The notes beneath the pieces are model-generated. The model saw nothing but the letters and a program-made list of their open reading frames with translations. It was not told the origin of the DNA and searched no databases. Below are positions 63,560-64,000 of a stretch of DNA of 64,000 nucleotides, one piece after another (within the stretch, counting starts at the first letter, position 1; each line of letters starts with the position of its first letter). Both the position numbers and the translations under genes were made by a program. The stretch lies in the NCBI RefSeq assembly GCF_055900595.2, contig NZ_CM148325.1. One strand, written 5' to 3'.

Positions 63560-63642
63560 TCGGATGCGTCGTAAACACCTTATCCGACCTGACTGGAGAG
63601 CAACCGTAGGCCGGATAAGATGCCAGCATCGCATCCGGCAAC
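63560..63642. repeat. REP/BIME palindromic repeats between caiE and caiF
   Basis: GTCGGATGCGTCGTAAACACCTTATCCGACC ... GTAGGCCGGATAAGATGCCAGCATCGCATCCGGCA. Confidence 0.8.
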
Positions 63643-63670
63643 CAGACCGCACGGTATCAACGAAATTAAA

Positions 63671-64000
63671 TTAACGACGCATACTCTTCGACAACATCAT
63701 TTGCCACTTCTGCTCGCGGTTAAGTTCCGTGAGTGGAACGGCAGGAATACGCGGCGTCTTTCTGACACCGACGACTTTTTCCCGACTGTTATTGCGCAGG
63801 CGCGCGTAAATTTGCTCATCGATATCGACCACTTTAACCAGCCGCTGGCACTGGCATCCCCGCCCTTCCAGCTTATTAGGGATCATCTTAACTTCGCAGC
63901 TTATTTCTGTGACTTCCGACAGAATATAAGTCAGGGTATTAACCGCCTTGCTGTGTTCAATATCGAAATGAATAGAGATCTCTCTTGCTATCACCCACCG
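63671..64000 (-). CDS. caiF: CaiF, transcriptional activator of cai/fix operons; 5' end (N-terminus) runs off the window end
   Basis: ORF MIAREISIHFDIEHSKAVNTLTYILSEVTEISCEVKMIPNKLEGRGCQCQRLVKVVDIDEQIYARL...SMRR matches the C-terminal ~107 residues of the 131-aa CaiF as I recall it. Confidence 0.88.
   Translation of the reverse strand, partial: RWVIAREISIHFDIEHSKAVNTLTYILSEVTEISCEVKMIPNKLEGRGCQCQRLVKVVDIDEQIYARLRNNSREKVVGVRKTPRIPAVPLTELNREQKWQMMLSKSMRR

Overview
This window is core Escherichia coli chromosome (or a very close relative), read as the reverse complement of the usual K-12 map orientation; I found no evidence of a novel, undescribed system. The one clearly accessory module is a chromosomal ccdA/ccdB-like toxin-antitoxin pair wedged between folA and apaH, which belongs to a described family. 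Gene order is: the dcw cell-wall/division cluster (murG partial, ftsW, murD, mraY, murF, murE, ftsI, ftsL, rsmH, mraZ), cra, ilvIH, leuO, leuL-leuABCD, sgrS/sgrT, sgrR, thiBPQ with its TPP riboswitch, yabI, araC, araBAD, polB, rapA, rluA, djlA, lptD, surA, pdxA, rsmA, apaG, apaH, ccdBA, folA, kefFC, yaaU, fixABCX, caiTABCDE and caiF (partial). Protein products were recognised by reading the six-frame translations; several ORF-track starts are N-terminally extended or use GTG/TTG, and I corrected them where an internal start matches the known protein. No IS elements, prophage genes, CRISPR arrays, tRNA or rRNA genes were seen. Two places look shorter than I remember for K-12: no setA between sgrS and leuD, and no yabP/yabQ between rluA and djlA. 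All K-12 and F-plasmid comparisons are from memory, not from a database search.
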